Translations under genes and position numbers: made by a program | Shown here: piece after piece, positions 13,360-26,622 of the stretch | Numbering within the stretch: position 1 is the first letter of the stretch | Layout: every line of letters starts with the position of its first letter | The notes under the pieces: generated by a model | What the model saw: only the letters and a program-made list of their open reading frames with translations | The model's database searches: none | Told to the model about the DNA's origin: nothing | DNA from: Camelus dromedarius | Taxonomy: Eukaryota | Length of the DNA: 64,000 nt | Reading direction: 5' to 3' | NCBI RefSeq assembly: GCF_036321535.1 | Contig: NC_087436.1 | Coordinates: forward strand, 48,610,001-48,674,000

Positions 13360-14330
13360 AAAATGGTAGAAAATATTTGTAAATTACATATCTAATGAGG
13401 ATTACTATCAGAATATGAAGTCAACACACAAACATCAGTTGTATTTCTAGTCACTAACAACTCCTACAACTCAACAACAAAAAGACAATCAAATTTTAAA
13501 ATGGGCAAACTTGTAAACATTTTAGACATTTCTCTGAAGAAGATACACAAGTGGACAATAATCACATGAAAATATACTTGACATCATTAGTCATTAGGGA
13601 AATGCAAATCAAAACGACAGTGAGATACCACTCCACACCCAAGTGTTGGCAAGGATGTGGAGAAATTGGAACCTTGGTGCATGGCTTGAGGGGAATGTAA
13701 AATGATGCAGCTTCTGTAGAAAACAGTTTAATAGTTTGGTAGCTCCTTCAAAATGTAGACATAGAATTACCATATGACCAGCAATTCCACTCCTAGGTGA
13801 ATATCCAAAAGAATTGAAAACATGGGCTCAAACAGATACTTACATGCCAGTGTTCATAGCAGCATTATCTACAACAGCCAAAAGGTGGAAACAACCCAAG
13901 TGTCCCTCAACAGACGAATAAATAAGCGAAGTGTGGTATATACATATGTGTACTATTATCCAGCCATAAAAAGGGATGACATCTGGATACAAGCTACAAC
14001 ATGGATAAACCTTGAAAACAGTTTAAATAAGCCAAACACAAATGACAAATATTCCATGATTCCACTTATATAAAATATCTAAAATAGGCAAATTCATAGA
14101 GACAGAGTAAATTAGTGCTACTGGGGGCTAAGGAAGGGGTGGGGGGGAGCGGTGGGAGTTTTTGCTTAATCGGTACAGAGTTTCTGTTTGAGATGATTTA
14201 AAAATTTGGAAATAACCAGTGGTATTGGTTGTACAGCATTGTCAATATACTTACTGCCACTAAATTGTACACCTAAAAATGGTTAAAATGGAAAATTGTA
14301 TGTTAAATATATTTTGTAAGAATTTTTTTA
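13360..14330 (+). mobile_element. L1MB-like 3' end (ORF2 C-terminus + 3' UTR)
   Basis: agggaaatgcaaatcaaaac..., cagcaattccactcctagg..., ending in tgtacacctaaaaatggttaaaatggaaaattgtatgtta. Confidence 0.88.
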
Positions 14331-17300
14331 AGTTCTACGGTTTGATGTCTGCAGTCTACCCCACTGTCCCCAGTTTATCTGAGCCCTACAATTTTTGGTC
14401 AAATAGTAGTGGAGAATCTTTCATAAGACCTGTTCTGATCTCATCTTTTTCCTCTGTGGGTGTTAAAAACAAAAACAAAACAGTGATTTCTAAGCAAGTA
14501 GCAGCTTCTCTTCTAAGCTGAAATTAGTGCACTGCAGCTAGCAGAATCCTGTTTTGAAAAGATTAAGAAAGCCGTAGTTGAATGCTATGAAAAAAAAAGC
14601 ACAGGTGACAATTCTAGTCAGTACAGTTACAAATTATCTTTGCAAATGTTTGTGATTTTTATGTCAAACCCATTTTGGACTTGGGAATTTTCTGTTTGCA
14701 AAGCAGTAGGCACTGATTGTAATTTTTCTAGTTTTACATCTTCTGTTAAGACCTGATAATAGAGCTAGACTGAAAATTCAACAAATGAAAATACTAAATG
14801 AAATAGAGTATAGCTCAATAAAATAAAAAGGCTGTTGAATTAAACAAGAAGCAAAGTACCATTGAACAACTGCAAGAGAGAGCAAATGAACCACTTGTCT
14901 AGACTACGATAGTATTAAAATCACCCATTTGACATACAAATTATAGTGTCTTTTGTAATAGAAATATGAAGAAATTACAGTGACTAGATGTATTGAATAT
15001 ATTATCTAAAAATCACAAAGAAGACAGAACAGATCTGAGAAATACCGTTTATTCATGTACCTAAGTAACTATAATCAGAAGATATATGATACTATTTTAA
15101 TTACATGTTAATTAGCTATTTTCTGTAATTCAGTTGATTAGCAATTTCTTGCTATAAGATGGCTTCTTTACAATTATTACTTCATAAAGCTTTTGTATTT
15201 GGCCTAGCTTCCACATTAAACACATCAGAAATTTTCAGAATCTACTATTCCTTATCTGGATAAAACACTGCTTTCCCCTAGAACAGGGCAGGAAAGGAGG
15301 ACTACAAAGATCTTAGTTTAAGTAGAATCCCATGTAGAGGCTTCTTCATACCAGAATTAAGTCCTCCTAAATCTCACTTGTCAGTTAATCTTTAATTCAC
15401 CTTACCCTGCAGGTTAAAGCAGTGAGCCATTATATGATCAAGCTTATCCAGATATTTTGTGAACAAAGTTATGTCAGCATCAAGGAAATTCAGATAGTCT
15501 CAAGTGACTGACTGGAGTCCTTAGTTTCTGAAATGTGTGCTATTGCTCCAAGGGTAGATCAGATTTTGTTCTAATCCTTGCTGCTGTATGGTTGAGTTTA
15601 ATTTAACAAGCCAAACAAATACAGACTGCATCTGTTGGTAGGGTTTACAGGAGTAGGAAGACCTCTGTGTCAAAACAAGGGTAAAGTCGATTCAGGCTTT
15701 ATGTCACATTTTAAATGGAAAACATGGCAAAGTCTCACTCTTGTCTTTTTGCAGAGATTATCATCTTTTTGAAACTCACATGAGAAACTGCATCTCTGAT
15801 TGATAAACTAGAATTAGATTCCCTGGGCATACAAGGGAAACATGCCAGCATGATATGTACAGAAAGTCCCATAAAAGATATCTCTTACAAAATGAAACAT
15901 GCTGAATTAATCTCAGAGAACAAGTGTATAAATCTGAGAATTAAGGCAATAACTATTCAGATCAACAAGGGGAGGCAGAGGTAGTCTACCATCCGTATCG
16001 TGGATTAAATGAACCCACAGGAAAGAGCATTGTTACAGCCTTGAGCAGGTTACTCAGATTTAAAGGAAATTTTGTTTTTAACATTAATCAGATATTCTCT
16101 AGGGGTAAATGTATGATTTGTTTTGATACTTCCAGCATCCATTACTTACATTGCCCTACTCCCAACCTAAAGTCAAAGTCTCATGTATCTCAACTTGATA
16201 ACACTATCATAAATCCATGTCTTTTCTAGAAGTAAATTATCATGTTTAGCAAGGATGATGACTTAGCACAACAGCATGCTTTAATATGTTATTGGGTAAT
16301 TTTTTCCTACCCTGTGGGAAAATAATGTAGTAGGATCCAACTCTTGAGCTAGTGATGGGTCTCAGACAGGAAAATGGCCAACAACGTCGACTGCAACAAA
16401 ATGAAAGTCCAACTGGTGTTTAATTTTAGTGAGTCTTTAAGGAAAACTGTAAATATCGTATTGCTGTGTTAGTCACTGAAATGCATATGACTTTAAAAAT
16501 AATTGCCCTATATCTAGATTAATTTTAGTGGTTATGAGACCACAAAGATTCTATCCCTGCAAATGTATCACATCAAAAGGTTATCTAAGAAAAAAATTGA
16601 AGGAATCTTTGCATTTCACTTTGACTTGTCAACGGCCCTTTGGAAAATATTAGGAACAGCTCATCTTACTCTTAAAATGTTATATTCTTGGCGTGAAATC
16701 AGTGCTCTCCTTCTGTCATCAGAAGAAATATTCATCTGAGAACATAAGAGGCAGTTGCAGTGATAAGTCGTGTGCTATTATTCTTTCCTTTAAAACAAAA
16801 CAAAACAAAGCCAAAAAGACAAAGAGTAGAACATTAATGTTTCTGAATGACATTTGATTCAGACCTAGACAGGAGATGATTTTTGTGGAGATTCTATGAC
16901 TAAACGGTGTGAGTAGCTGATGCTTTTCACCCTTGCTTTCCACCTTGGAAAAGATTAAATTTAAAATATGGCATCTGTTTTCAAATGAAAATAATCAGAT
17001 TTATATCAAGCAAACATACCACTGCAGCTATTTTAAAAAATAAGTTAATAGTCCAATTACATTCATTTATACTCCCCTGGAGGCCAAGGTTATTTGGCTT
17101 TTGGATGTTAAGTTGGAAATTAATTTGTACTGCGGTAATAAAATGCTTACACCCTCTAGTCCTACTCTCTTACTTCCTGGATCCCCTTAACCAAGCAAAA
17201 CCAAGTTCTGGGATAATCTGACAATCACTGCTATCCCTTATCTTTTGCTGGTCCCTTTTTCTCTCTCCAGCTCTGTCTCCTTCCTCTCTTTGCTCAAGCT

Positions 17301-18819
17301 CTTCCTTTAGCTTTTGGCCTCAGTCACCCGAGATTATCCTACTCCAAGCATGTGCTCAAAGCGGACCAAATGATTCTGAAAACACTTTAACCAACTCAGC
17401 ATATATGTAATCCCTATAGTAAATTTCTCTGGCTCTAGATATATCTACCTAGTTTGTCAGATTAAGAAGATACTTTTAACTACTTTGTATGAGATTTGTA
17501 CCTGTCAGAAAACGTAGTAGGCCTCTGCATAATGGTCCCTTAAGCATTTTGATAAAGAAGAGGAAGTGAATCTCGTTTATGAGTTCCAAATATGCTAGGA
17601 ATTCTTTCTTGGTCTTGTTAGACCTGTAAGCACTGGGTATGGTTAAACTTGGCTTTCTTCCTGACTTTTTCCTTGCCTTCTTGTCAGCAAATGTTTTGGT
17701 CTGTGGGTTTATATCAGATTATAAGGAAACATTTTAGATATTAATGCAACTTGAACACACTAGACACCATTTGCAGCTTACAAGTAACAGTGAAAACTCT
17801 TCTATATAACTCTACACTTGTTAACTGATAGAGGATAACTTATTTTAGAAAACCCATGAACTAAACCTTGTCCTGTGGAGTCCCTAGTCTCATAGCTTTT
17901 CAAAAGTTTTGTGAAGTAAAAAGCAATGTAGTTATAGTAAGGGGAACCTTAAAACACCTAATCCAGACTTTGGGGGTTTTTAGCATGTATACTGGATGTA
18001 TTATGTATATAAGCAATTTTTTAAAAGACAGAGGGAACTCATTTCCAATTTCCAAGAAAAATTACCAAGTCATTATCTGAATTTTGTGATCTCTGGTACC
18101 TATATTCGTGACCTGTCGCAGAATAAAAGTTATCCTGTCTCAATACATGTTGTTCTACATACCTACTCTGCCCTCCACAGCCCAATATTTAATTAACTGC
18201 TCCTTACAACACGAATGTTTAAGGCTGACTATGAAACTAATCATAGTCACCCTCCCTCTTGACCTGTAGAGTTAGGGACTTGGCTGTGATCCATCACAGC
18301 CCTAACTGTTTTGAATCTGAGTTTTTATTGTATACATCTCTTTTAGAGCATAGTATACTGTATGTAATGTGACCCATGGCTTGGATACAGTATGGGCTTA
18401 CTGTTCTTGGTCATCTAGTGTAAACAGAAGTTGATAAATGATTGTTGCTGAAATTCTGGTCCCAGATATCACAGATCATAGGAAATAGTACCACAAGACC
18501 CATTAGAGCTCCTGACACATGATGCTGTTAGATGATGCAATTTTATCAGAAGAGGCTTAACCTCTAATGTGAGCCATCACACTTTTATGTCATAAAAACA
18601 AACTTTTATGTCATTATGTCTAAAAATGTTTTCTTCTATTTTTTTTTGACATCAACTTTTCAGAAAACTTCCACATAGTCATTCCTGGGAGAACTTATTT
18701 GGAAGTATAAGCTGTTGTTAACCACTAATCTGTAAATCTGTAGAAAGATCCCAGTTTGCCATATGTGTAAACATTAGATAACTATCAACTATCGCAAAGT
18801 TTAAGATTAAGTGAATTAG

Positions 18820-19020
18820 TATAAGGGAAAAATTTTAACCTAGAGTCCATCATGAGTTTTAGAAGGTCTCTGAAATAATTAAAATTATATGTAAAGTGTT
18901 GTACATATGTGCTATTTTTTATTTTTAGAGAATAGATTCAAAGCTTTATTCTGATTGCCAAAATGTATGTATGACTAGTAAAAAAAAATATGTGTGACCC
19001 AGTAAATTGTAAGAGTCACT
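18820..19020. mobile_element. hAT-Charlie-type non-autonomous DNA transposon remnant
   Basis: ttttaacctagagtccat...aaagctttattctgattgccaaa...gtgacccagtaaattgtaagagtcact resembles an old Charlie/MER5-like MITE. Confidence 0.5.
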
Positions 19021-19219
19021 AGTATAAATTACTGCTCCAACATGAACAGTTCACCATAAACACTGTAAAGCCCTACCTTATATTTCATCTGGGGACAATT
19101 CTGCCTTTTAAGTTTGAATCCATGCAGTTGCAGGGTGTTGTAAATAAATGACTCTCCTATTAGAGGATCAACTGGGCGGAAAGAAAGAGGAGGAAGGGAG
19201 GAAAGGAGAAAACTAACTT

Positions 19220-19460
19220 TACAGTATTTACTATGAATCAAGCACTTACACATGTAATGCCTAATTCAGTCCTCCCGATAACCCTTTACGTGCACTTACT
19301 ATTCAAGCGTATTATTATTACACATCGCACAGGTGAAGAAACTAAGGCCAAAAAGGCTAAGTGATTTACCCAATAGTCCACGGCTAACCAGTGGGAAAAC
19401 CCTGATTCCAGCTCTGTGTTGCCTAACTGCAAAGTTCCTACACTTTCCTCCCTACCACCT
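19220..19460 (-). mobile_element. MIR SINE
   Basis: Core acaggtgaagaaactaaggccaaaaaggctaagtgatttacccaa. Confidence 0.8.
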
Positions 19461-19599
19461 GGCCTGTTTGATTGAAATATTGAGTTCCTTCACGTTAATT
19501 GGTGGAACAGATTTTACGGAAAAATCATTATTTGTCTTATCATTCTGTTAACTAGGTCTGAAATTCTCTTGTCCCCACTTTCCAGCTGTTTTCACTTAG

Positions 19600-20405
19600 A
19601 TCACCAGTAACTCGTGCCTGACCTACTACAACTTCCCACTGTCCCTGCCTGCAGCCTCCTCCCTCCAGTTCTACCCTGCAACCAGAGAGATTTTTGAAAT
19701 GTCAACCTGATCATTGTCAAAATGCCTCTATGACTTCTCATTGCCTTCAAAATAAAATTCAAACCCTAATCATGATTTATACAGCCCTTCATAATCTGAA
19801 CTCTGCTTTGTTTTTGAAGCTTACCCTCACCATTCTTCCCTCACCCTGTTAGATTCTAGTCATAATTAACTACTTGTAGTTCCTTATATGCTGTCTCTTT
19901 GTACTTCTCTCTATTTGGAGCATTCTTCCAACTTCTGTTCACTTGGGTAACTACCACTTGTCTTGAAAAGTTGTTTATATAGCATTTCTTCATGGAACTT
20001 GTTCTTAACTCCTCAAGTCTGGGACTAAGTACCCTTCCCAAGTGCTCTTAGAAAATCTTTTACTTACTCTTATAGTATAGAGTTTCTGTGTGCATGAGAT
20101 AAAAACCCATCCTCCCTGTAGGGGCACACAGCACCATGTAAGGGCACAAAGCTTGGAAAGGAGAGGATGGGCTACATTTCATGCTCCATTTACCCCTTTT
20201 CCAGGTTCTCTCATGAATTTGCACAACCATAAATGACGGCTCTGTGAAGCCTTTATCAAATGGCATTGTGATCGCCTACCCACTTACCTGCATCTCCTAC
20301 TAAGCTCCAAGCTGTCTGAGGATAGGGATTCATTGTCAAGCCCCAGCCCCTAGCATACTGCCTTTCAAGTTACAAGCATTCAATAAAAATCTGATGGTCG
20401 AATTA
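19600..20405 (+). mobile_element. L2 LINE fragments including the 3' tail
   Basis: cagagagatttttgaaatgtcaacctgatcat...; ends cccctagcatactgcct...attcaataaaaatctgatggtcgaat. Confidence 0.65.
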
Positions 20406-20519
20406 ATGCCTAAGTTAAGAATGAACACCTGAAAAATAATAGTTTACAGTAGACAATGCCTTTGAAGAAATTGGTAAAAAGAGGAAGACAAAAGAAAAAA
20501 ATGCTGATATCAACTACTA

Positions 20520-21060
20520 GTTTAATTTAAGACAACAAATATTGAGTGCCTGCATGGTGGAAACTATGATGGGGAAACAGAAAACGACAGTCCCCGGCCC
20601 TTATAAAACTTGCAGTCTAGTTAAGAAGATAAGACATGTATACAACTGATTAAAACACGAAGTGGAGTGGCGTGTGCTATGAGATTTATAATTAAAGTTC
20701 TAGAAAATCAATGAGAAGGACGAAATTTCTTCCAGTTAAATGAGGGATTGCTAAAGCTTCATGGAGAAGGTGATAATGGACCTAGACCTTGAATTATGTG
20801 TAAGATTTCAGTAAGGAAAAGTGTTGGGAGAAGGCACTGTTCCAGGCAAAGAAAATAGGGCAGGTTAATTGGAAAGCACAGAGCTTCTTTGAAGAGCGTT
20901 TTAGCTGCAGATAAGGCTGGAAAGATAGGTGGAGAGTTTGGTTATACAGGGCCTTAATGCTGTGCTAAGGAGTTTACATTTTAGCAGTTGAGAGCCATTA
21001 AAAGTTTTAAAGAATAAAAGTAACGCTGTCTGCTGTATTTTAGAAAGTCATTTGGAAAAT
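20520..21060 (-). mobile_element. L2 LINE fragment
   Basis: caacaaatattgagtgcctgcatggtg...gcttcatggagaaggtgataatggacctagaccttgaa. Confidence 0.7.
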
Positions 21061-21869
21061 TCCTTGTAAAGTGTCTCCCATCTCTTTTGCCCTTGATCCC
21101 AATAAAATAGAAATTTTGAAACACCGAGAACCAGAGACCACTTAAAGAATTTTACTCTGCCTATATTCCCAGTCTATTTCAGTGCCAGGTTCTTTCCAGG
21201 TTCTACCTTTAGTTAACCTTCTGTTCCAAGTTTACAATCTCCCACTATCTAAATAGTCTCTAAGCCCGCAGAGTCGGCAAAGCTCGTGTGGCTGTGGGGA
21301 AAAGACAACAGAGGAATTTGTCTGAGACTGACAGGCGAAGCTCTCCAACTTTCAAAAGGAGGTTCAGAAAATGTCCTCATTGCTTTTATTATGTGCTTCA
21401 AGGCATCTGGTAACATCCTGTCACTACCTCCTCTTACCTTATATGGAACACTAAAGGACAACCTTCTCATTAATCTTTAATTTAAATATAAATAAATGGA
21501 TGTATTTATGTAAAGAATAAGCAAGTATAAGTCTAAAATGAAGAATTTCTTTTGTCCTTCTCAAAATTCAAAGAAATTTTAGACTTAAAATTATCAAAAT
21601 GAAGCTTTGAAGAAGAGCTTTTAGATGCTACAAATAGTCCTTGCCAACTATAAACAAGCTATTACTTGGAAGAGATCCACAGATCTTGACTCATCTTGCT
21701 TAAGGGCAATAGCTCTAGAAAGGAAAATATCTCTACACCACAGTTACTGGGGTCTTAGGATTTCCTAAGGGTCTTCTGTGATGTTACCATGTAGGCAGCA
21801 AAGTGCTGGGTAAAATGGAAAGGGAAAAACTAAAAGCACAAGAACCACTTAGGAACTAATCAAAGAGTA

Positions 21870-22240
21870 ACTGCGGTCTAAAATGGAGTAGGAGCAACAG
21901 AATGGAAAAGAAGAAATGGATCCAAGACAAATGACAGCTGAGCTTTGTGCTTAATTGAATATGGAACCAAAGGAGTTTTTTTTTTTTTTTTAAGTCAAAG
22001 ATCGCCTTAAAGTTTCCAGGTTCGGTGTTTGGGGAGGTTACTGATACTTTTAACAGAGATAAGGAAGAGAAAAATAAAGTAGATTTGGAGGGAATGCAGT
22101 GAATTTTGAACATACTGAGCTCGACATGCTAATGGGACATCAGTATGAAAAATGGCAGTCCAGAATTTAGAGGTTCAGACTAGAATTCAAAGGAGAGTTA
22201 AAATTAGAAGAGTATACATAGAATCCTTCCACTCATGAAG
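21870..22240 (-). mobile_element. L2 LINE fragment (degraded)
   Basis: gagaaaaataaagtagatttggagggaatgcagtgaattttgaacatactgagctcgacatgctaatgggacatc. Confidence 0.55.
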
Positions 22241-23349
22241 TGAACACCTAAGTATTCTGAAATTCAGGAAAAAAGAAATAGAGGGTTTTTCTTTACTATA
22301 AATTTACAAACTTATGAGTGTATTATTTCAGAAAAGGAGATGAATTCCAGGTGATAGCTTGAACATGAGATTATTCAAAGACCATTAAAAGATAAACTTG
22401 TTTCAAGAAATTGTAAAAATCCATTCATCGTCTCCATTACAAGCCAGCTTATACATCAGAAAAATTTACTTTAGTGCAAGTGATTGGTAGAGGAGATAAC
22501 AAAGAAAACAAGAGATCGTAGGAAAAATGGAAGAAGGAAAGGAAAACACCATTTGGACATGTGAGAAAAAAAAATCTGTTATTGAGGTGTAAAAAAAGCA
22601 AACAATCAAGTAGAAGTTGCACTGATTTATATTATGCTGAGATATCTTGTGACTTTGGGAAATATTTATTTTTCTTGCCATTTCTATTCAAAATGTATAC
22701 TTTCAAACATTGATATTCTCTTCCTTTCCTTTGCTCCTCATGAGATTTTGTTAAAATTACATGTAAGAGAAATTTATAATTGCACATGAAAATATTAACT
22801 TATCTTTTTTTCATGTACCTTCTGAGTGGTCCACAAACTACTAAAAATTACCAAATTTATTGAGACAATAGGGACTAAGAAGTAAGCATGGAGGCCAAGA
22901 GTGGAAAGCGAAACTTTCACTGCATCTTCTTCATATTCTTTCATCTACTTAATTTCCTTCACTGTGGAGATGGACTGAGGACATTGTATTCATCTGACTT
23001 CTCTGTGGACTTCTATATTAAATTATCACAGAAGAGCTTGTTATTTCTATATTGATAAACTTCATCATTAATTTTTGTATGTTTTTATATAGATAACTTT
23101 TAAAAGGCATTTTAAAAAATCATCTTCCCTCTTTCAACTCATCCAAAATTTGAGTAAATACCGTATTAGTAAAAAATAAAAAAAAAATAGCATTTGACTC
23201 TTGCCAGAACCAATTAGATAGTTTCCTTACTATTTACCCTTAAATCCTTTCTACCTCCTCCATTGGCAGTAAGGTAGCTTAACCGGGGCCTAACATAGTG
23301 GCTGAGATACAGCAGATATTAAAAAAAAAAAAATCTGTTGAATGAATGA

Positions 23350-24800
23350 ATCTGTTATTCAGCAGATATTAGAGCAAATGTGATGTACTAGGCACTGTTC
23401 TTGGCAGTGAAACAAAATGCTCACCTTAATGGAGCTTATAATATATTGGGAGAGACTGTCAATAAACAAACACACGTACATCAAGTGGTTATAAAATGAA
23501 ATGAAAAATAAGGCAGAATGAGTGAAAAGATTGCCCGGTGGCTTATTTTCTTTATAAGGTGATCCAGGAAGTCCTTATTCTGCGTGAGATAGAAAAGCTC
23601 TAGAACGTGGGGAAGCAAAAGTTTTTATATGACCTGACTTGTTTAAAGAAAATAATTCTGGTTGCCATGTAGAGAAAGACTGTGGGGGATGAGTTTAGAA
23701 GCAGCAGACAAGAAGTTATTGCGAGTCTAAGTAAGAGGTGTTGGTAGCGTAAATTGAAAGATGAAATTAGACAATCTGAGGAAGGGGGCTGTGGAAGAAG
23801 TGTTTGTAGATTTGCAGATTTTCAGATCATGAGGGACCTTATAGACCATGGTAAGGCTTTAGATTTTATTCTGGGTAAAACAAGAAGCGATTAAATTGCT
23901 TTGGAAAGGGAGGTTTTATAATCTGAGTTACATTTTTAAAGGATCACTTGTTATGTGGTCAGTAGGCCATTGGAACAAGGATGGAAGCAGGAGAAACCAG
24001 TTAGGATAATACACATAATAATCTAGGTAAGAAATAATGGTTGCTAACGCTAGTTTGGCAATAGCAGAGGTGGTTAGAAATGATCAGATTCTGGGTATGT
24101 TTTGAAAGTTAGAGACTATATGATACATTAGTAGAGAAAAAAAAGAAATACATATCCAGGTTTATTGCTTATAAAACTGGAAGAGTTTGGAGTTGCCGTA
24201 TCCCAAGATGGGGAAGACTTCAGGAGGTGTTTGGAGGTAGAGATAGGGTAGGAATCATGTGTTGTCCTTTGAAACTGTTAAAGAAGCTTATTAGACATCT
24301 AAGTGGATATATTGAAGAAATGGTTTTATGGGTTTAGAGTTCAAGAAAGAAGCAAAAGACATAAATTTGAAGTCAGCAATGTATAGATGGAATTTAAAGC
24401 CAAAGGACTAGATGAAATCACTTAGGGGATAAATGTAGATAGAGAAGAGAAGTTAGAAGATAGCCGTGGAGCAGAAGTCAGGAAGATAAGGAACATCCAC
24501 CAGAGGAGACCAGAAAGATCAGCTGGTGAGGTAGGAGAACTGGGGGAGACTGGTTGAAAAGAAGAGAGTATAATCAAATGTGTCAGCTGATGATGATGAT
24601 GGGTCAGATTCAGAATGAGTCCTAAAATTGGGTTGACAAGGTGACAATGTGGATATTATTGCTGACCTTTATAAGAGTATTTGGGGAGAGATAATGGTAA
24701 CAAAAGTCTGATTGGAGTGTGCACGAGAGAGAATGGGCTTCCGACAAAGAAGTGAAAAGAGGTAGAGAAAACAAACCTATAAATATTAAAGAAGACTTAA
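23350..24800 (-). mobile_element. Long L2 LINE fragment(s)
   Basis: ttattcagcagatattagagcaaatgtgatgtactaggcactgttcttggc...gaccatggtaaggctttagattttattctg...gatggaatttaaagccaaaggactagatgaaatcac. Confidence 0.8.
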
Positions 24801-24804
24801 AAGG

Positions 24805-25250
24805 CATGCATCAGCCACAATGTGTGGACCTTGTTTGGACTGTGGTACAAATAAACAGATTGCAAATACGGACAAGTGGATGATGGGTGGATGGACAGAT
24901 GGATGGATGATGAATGGATGAGTGGATGACATTTATGAACTAATTAGAAATTTGAACACTTACTGAATATTTTATTATATTAAGGGATTACTGTTAACTT
25001 AATCTAGGTGTGATAATGGTACTGTGGTTATATTTTTGGAGTCATCTTATTTCAGATACATATTTATATGCTAAATGATATACAGAATTTACATCAAAAC
25101 AATACATGTGGTTGAGAGGAGTGAGTAGGAGGAATAAATGGCATAAATTGGCTATGAGGTATAATTGTAGAAGCTGGGTGTTGGATACCTAAGGGCTCAT
25201 TATAGCATTCTTGTCTATTTTTATATTTTTTGGACATTTTTCTTCATAAA
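24805..25250 (+). mobile_element. Old L1MC/ME 3' UTR fragment containing (TGGA)n
   Basis: caatgtgtggaccttgtttggact...aggtgtgataatggtactgtggttatatttt...ttgtagaagctgggtgttggatac. Confidence 0.7.
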
Positions 25251-25847
25251 AGGATAAGGAGAGAAAGAGAATGGGAAGAGATGAAATGGAGACAGAAATT
25301 ATAGGCAACAGAAAATTAAAACAAGAAAACACATCGAGTTAAGTGTACTTTAATTATTTATATGTCCCCTTATATAACACAAATTATTTTTAAAAATGTT
25401 TTTTAAGGTGAAATCTTCACACTATCAAATTTCCTAATCCCAAAGATTTGTTCCAAAAATAGAAGACTAATGTACACCATAGCATGGATTCTGAATATCT
25501 CAGACACCATTAGAATAGTTATCTCTAAAATAAACATGGACCAGAAAGCTTAGACTATATAGTGGCTATTTTTGTAAATGCTCCCTTTTTTTTCTTGTTG
25601 CATAATTAACCATATTCCAATATATAACCTACTAGAATAATACCCTGGAATTACCTGTTCTGCTGCTTACTTGTCAAGCACCTGAGGTGGGGTGTGAGAT
25701 GATTCCTGGCCTTGTGTCTACCTTCTTGGTTTTGCTCTGCTACTGATTTTACTTCTGTGAGTGAAATAAGAAAATAAGATTGCCATGGCCTAATTGTTAT
25801 TAGATGTTAGTACTATGAAAACTGGTTTCTCACCTTATATAGTACTT

Positions 25848-26622
25848 TCTTTTTAAGTGTTAATGAGGTATAATTGACACAGAAGATTTGTTTATGTTAA
25901 AGATGTACAATTTGATGCTTTGATATATGTATACATTATGAAATGATCACCAAAATCAAGTTAATTAACATATCCATCACTTCACATAGTTATCATTTTC
26001 TTTTGTTTCTTAGCAAATCAAATAATTGTTATACTTGCTATGTACAGTGAGTGTAGTCACCATGCTGTACATTAGACCTTCAGAACTTACTCATCTTGCA
26101 TAACTGAAACTTTGTGCCGTTTGACCAACATCTGCCCATCTCCTCACATAGACACCCTTCACCCTTTGCAACCACAGCTCTACTTCTGCTTCTGTGAGTT
26201 TGACTGTTTTTGATTCCACATGTAAGTGAAATCATGCAGTATTTGTCTTTATGTGTCTGGCTTATTTCACTTAGCATAATGCCCTCCAGTTTCATTTATG
26301 TTATCATAAATGGCAGGATTTCCTTTTTTAAGGATGAATAATAATCCACTGTATATATCTACCACATTTTCTTGATCCATTATCTGTCAATGGACATTTA
26401 GGTTGATTCTATGTCTTGGCTTCTGTGAATAATGCTGCTATAAACATGAGAGTACAGATACTTCTTCAAGATCCATTTTATTTCCTTTGGATGCATACCC
26501 AGAAGTGTGATTGCTGGACTATATGGTAGTTCTATTTTTAATTTTCTGATAAACCTCCATTACTGTTTTACATAATGTCTGTACCAATTTACATTCCTAT
26601 CAACAGTGTACAAGGGTTTTCT
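25848..26622 (-). mobile_element. L1MA-like 3' end
   Basis: ttaatgaggtataattgac...gaaatgatcaccaaaatcaagttaattaacatatccatcac.... ORF 26080..26295 (MKLEGIMLSEISQ..KDKYCMISL) is typical L1 3' text. Confidence 0.9.
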
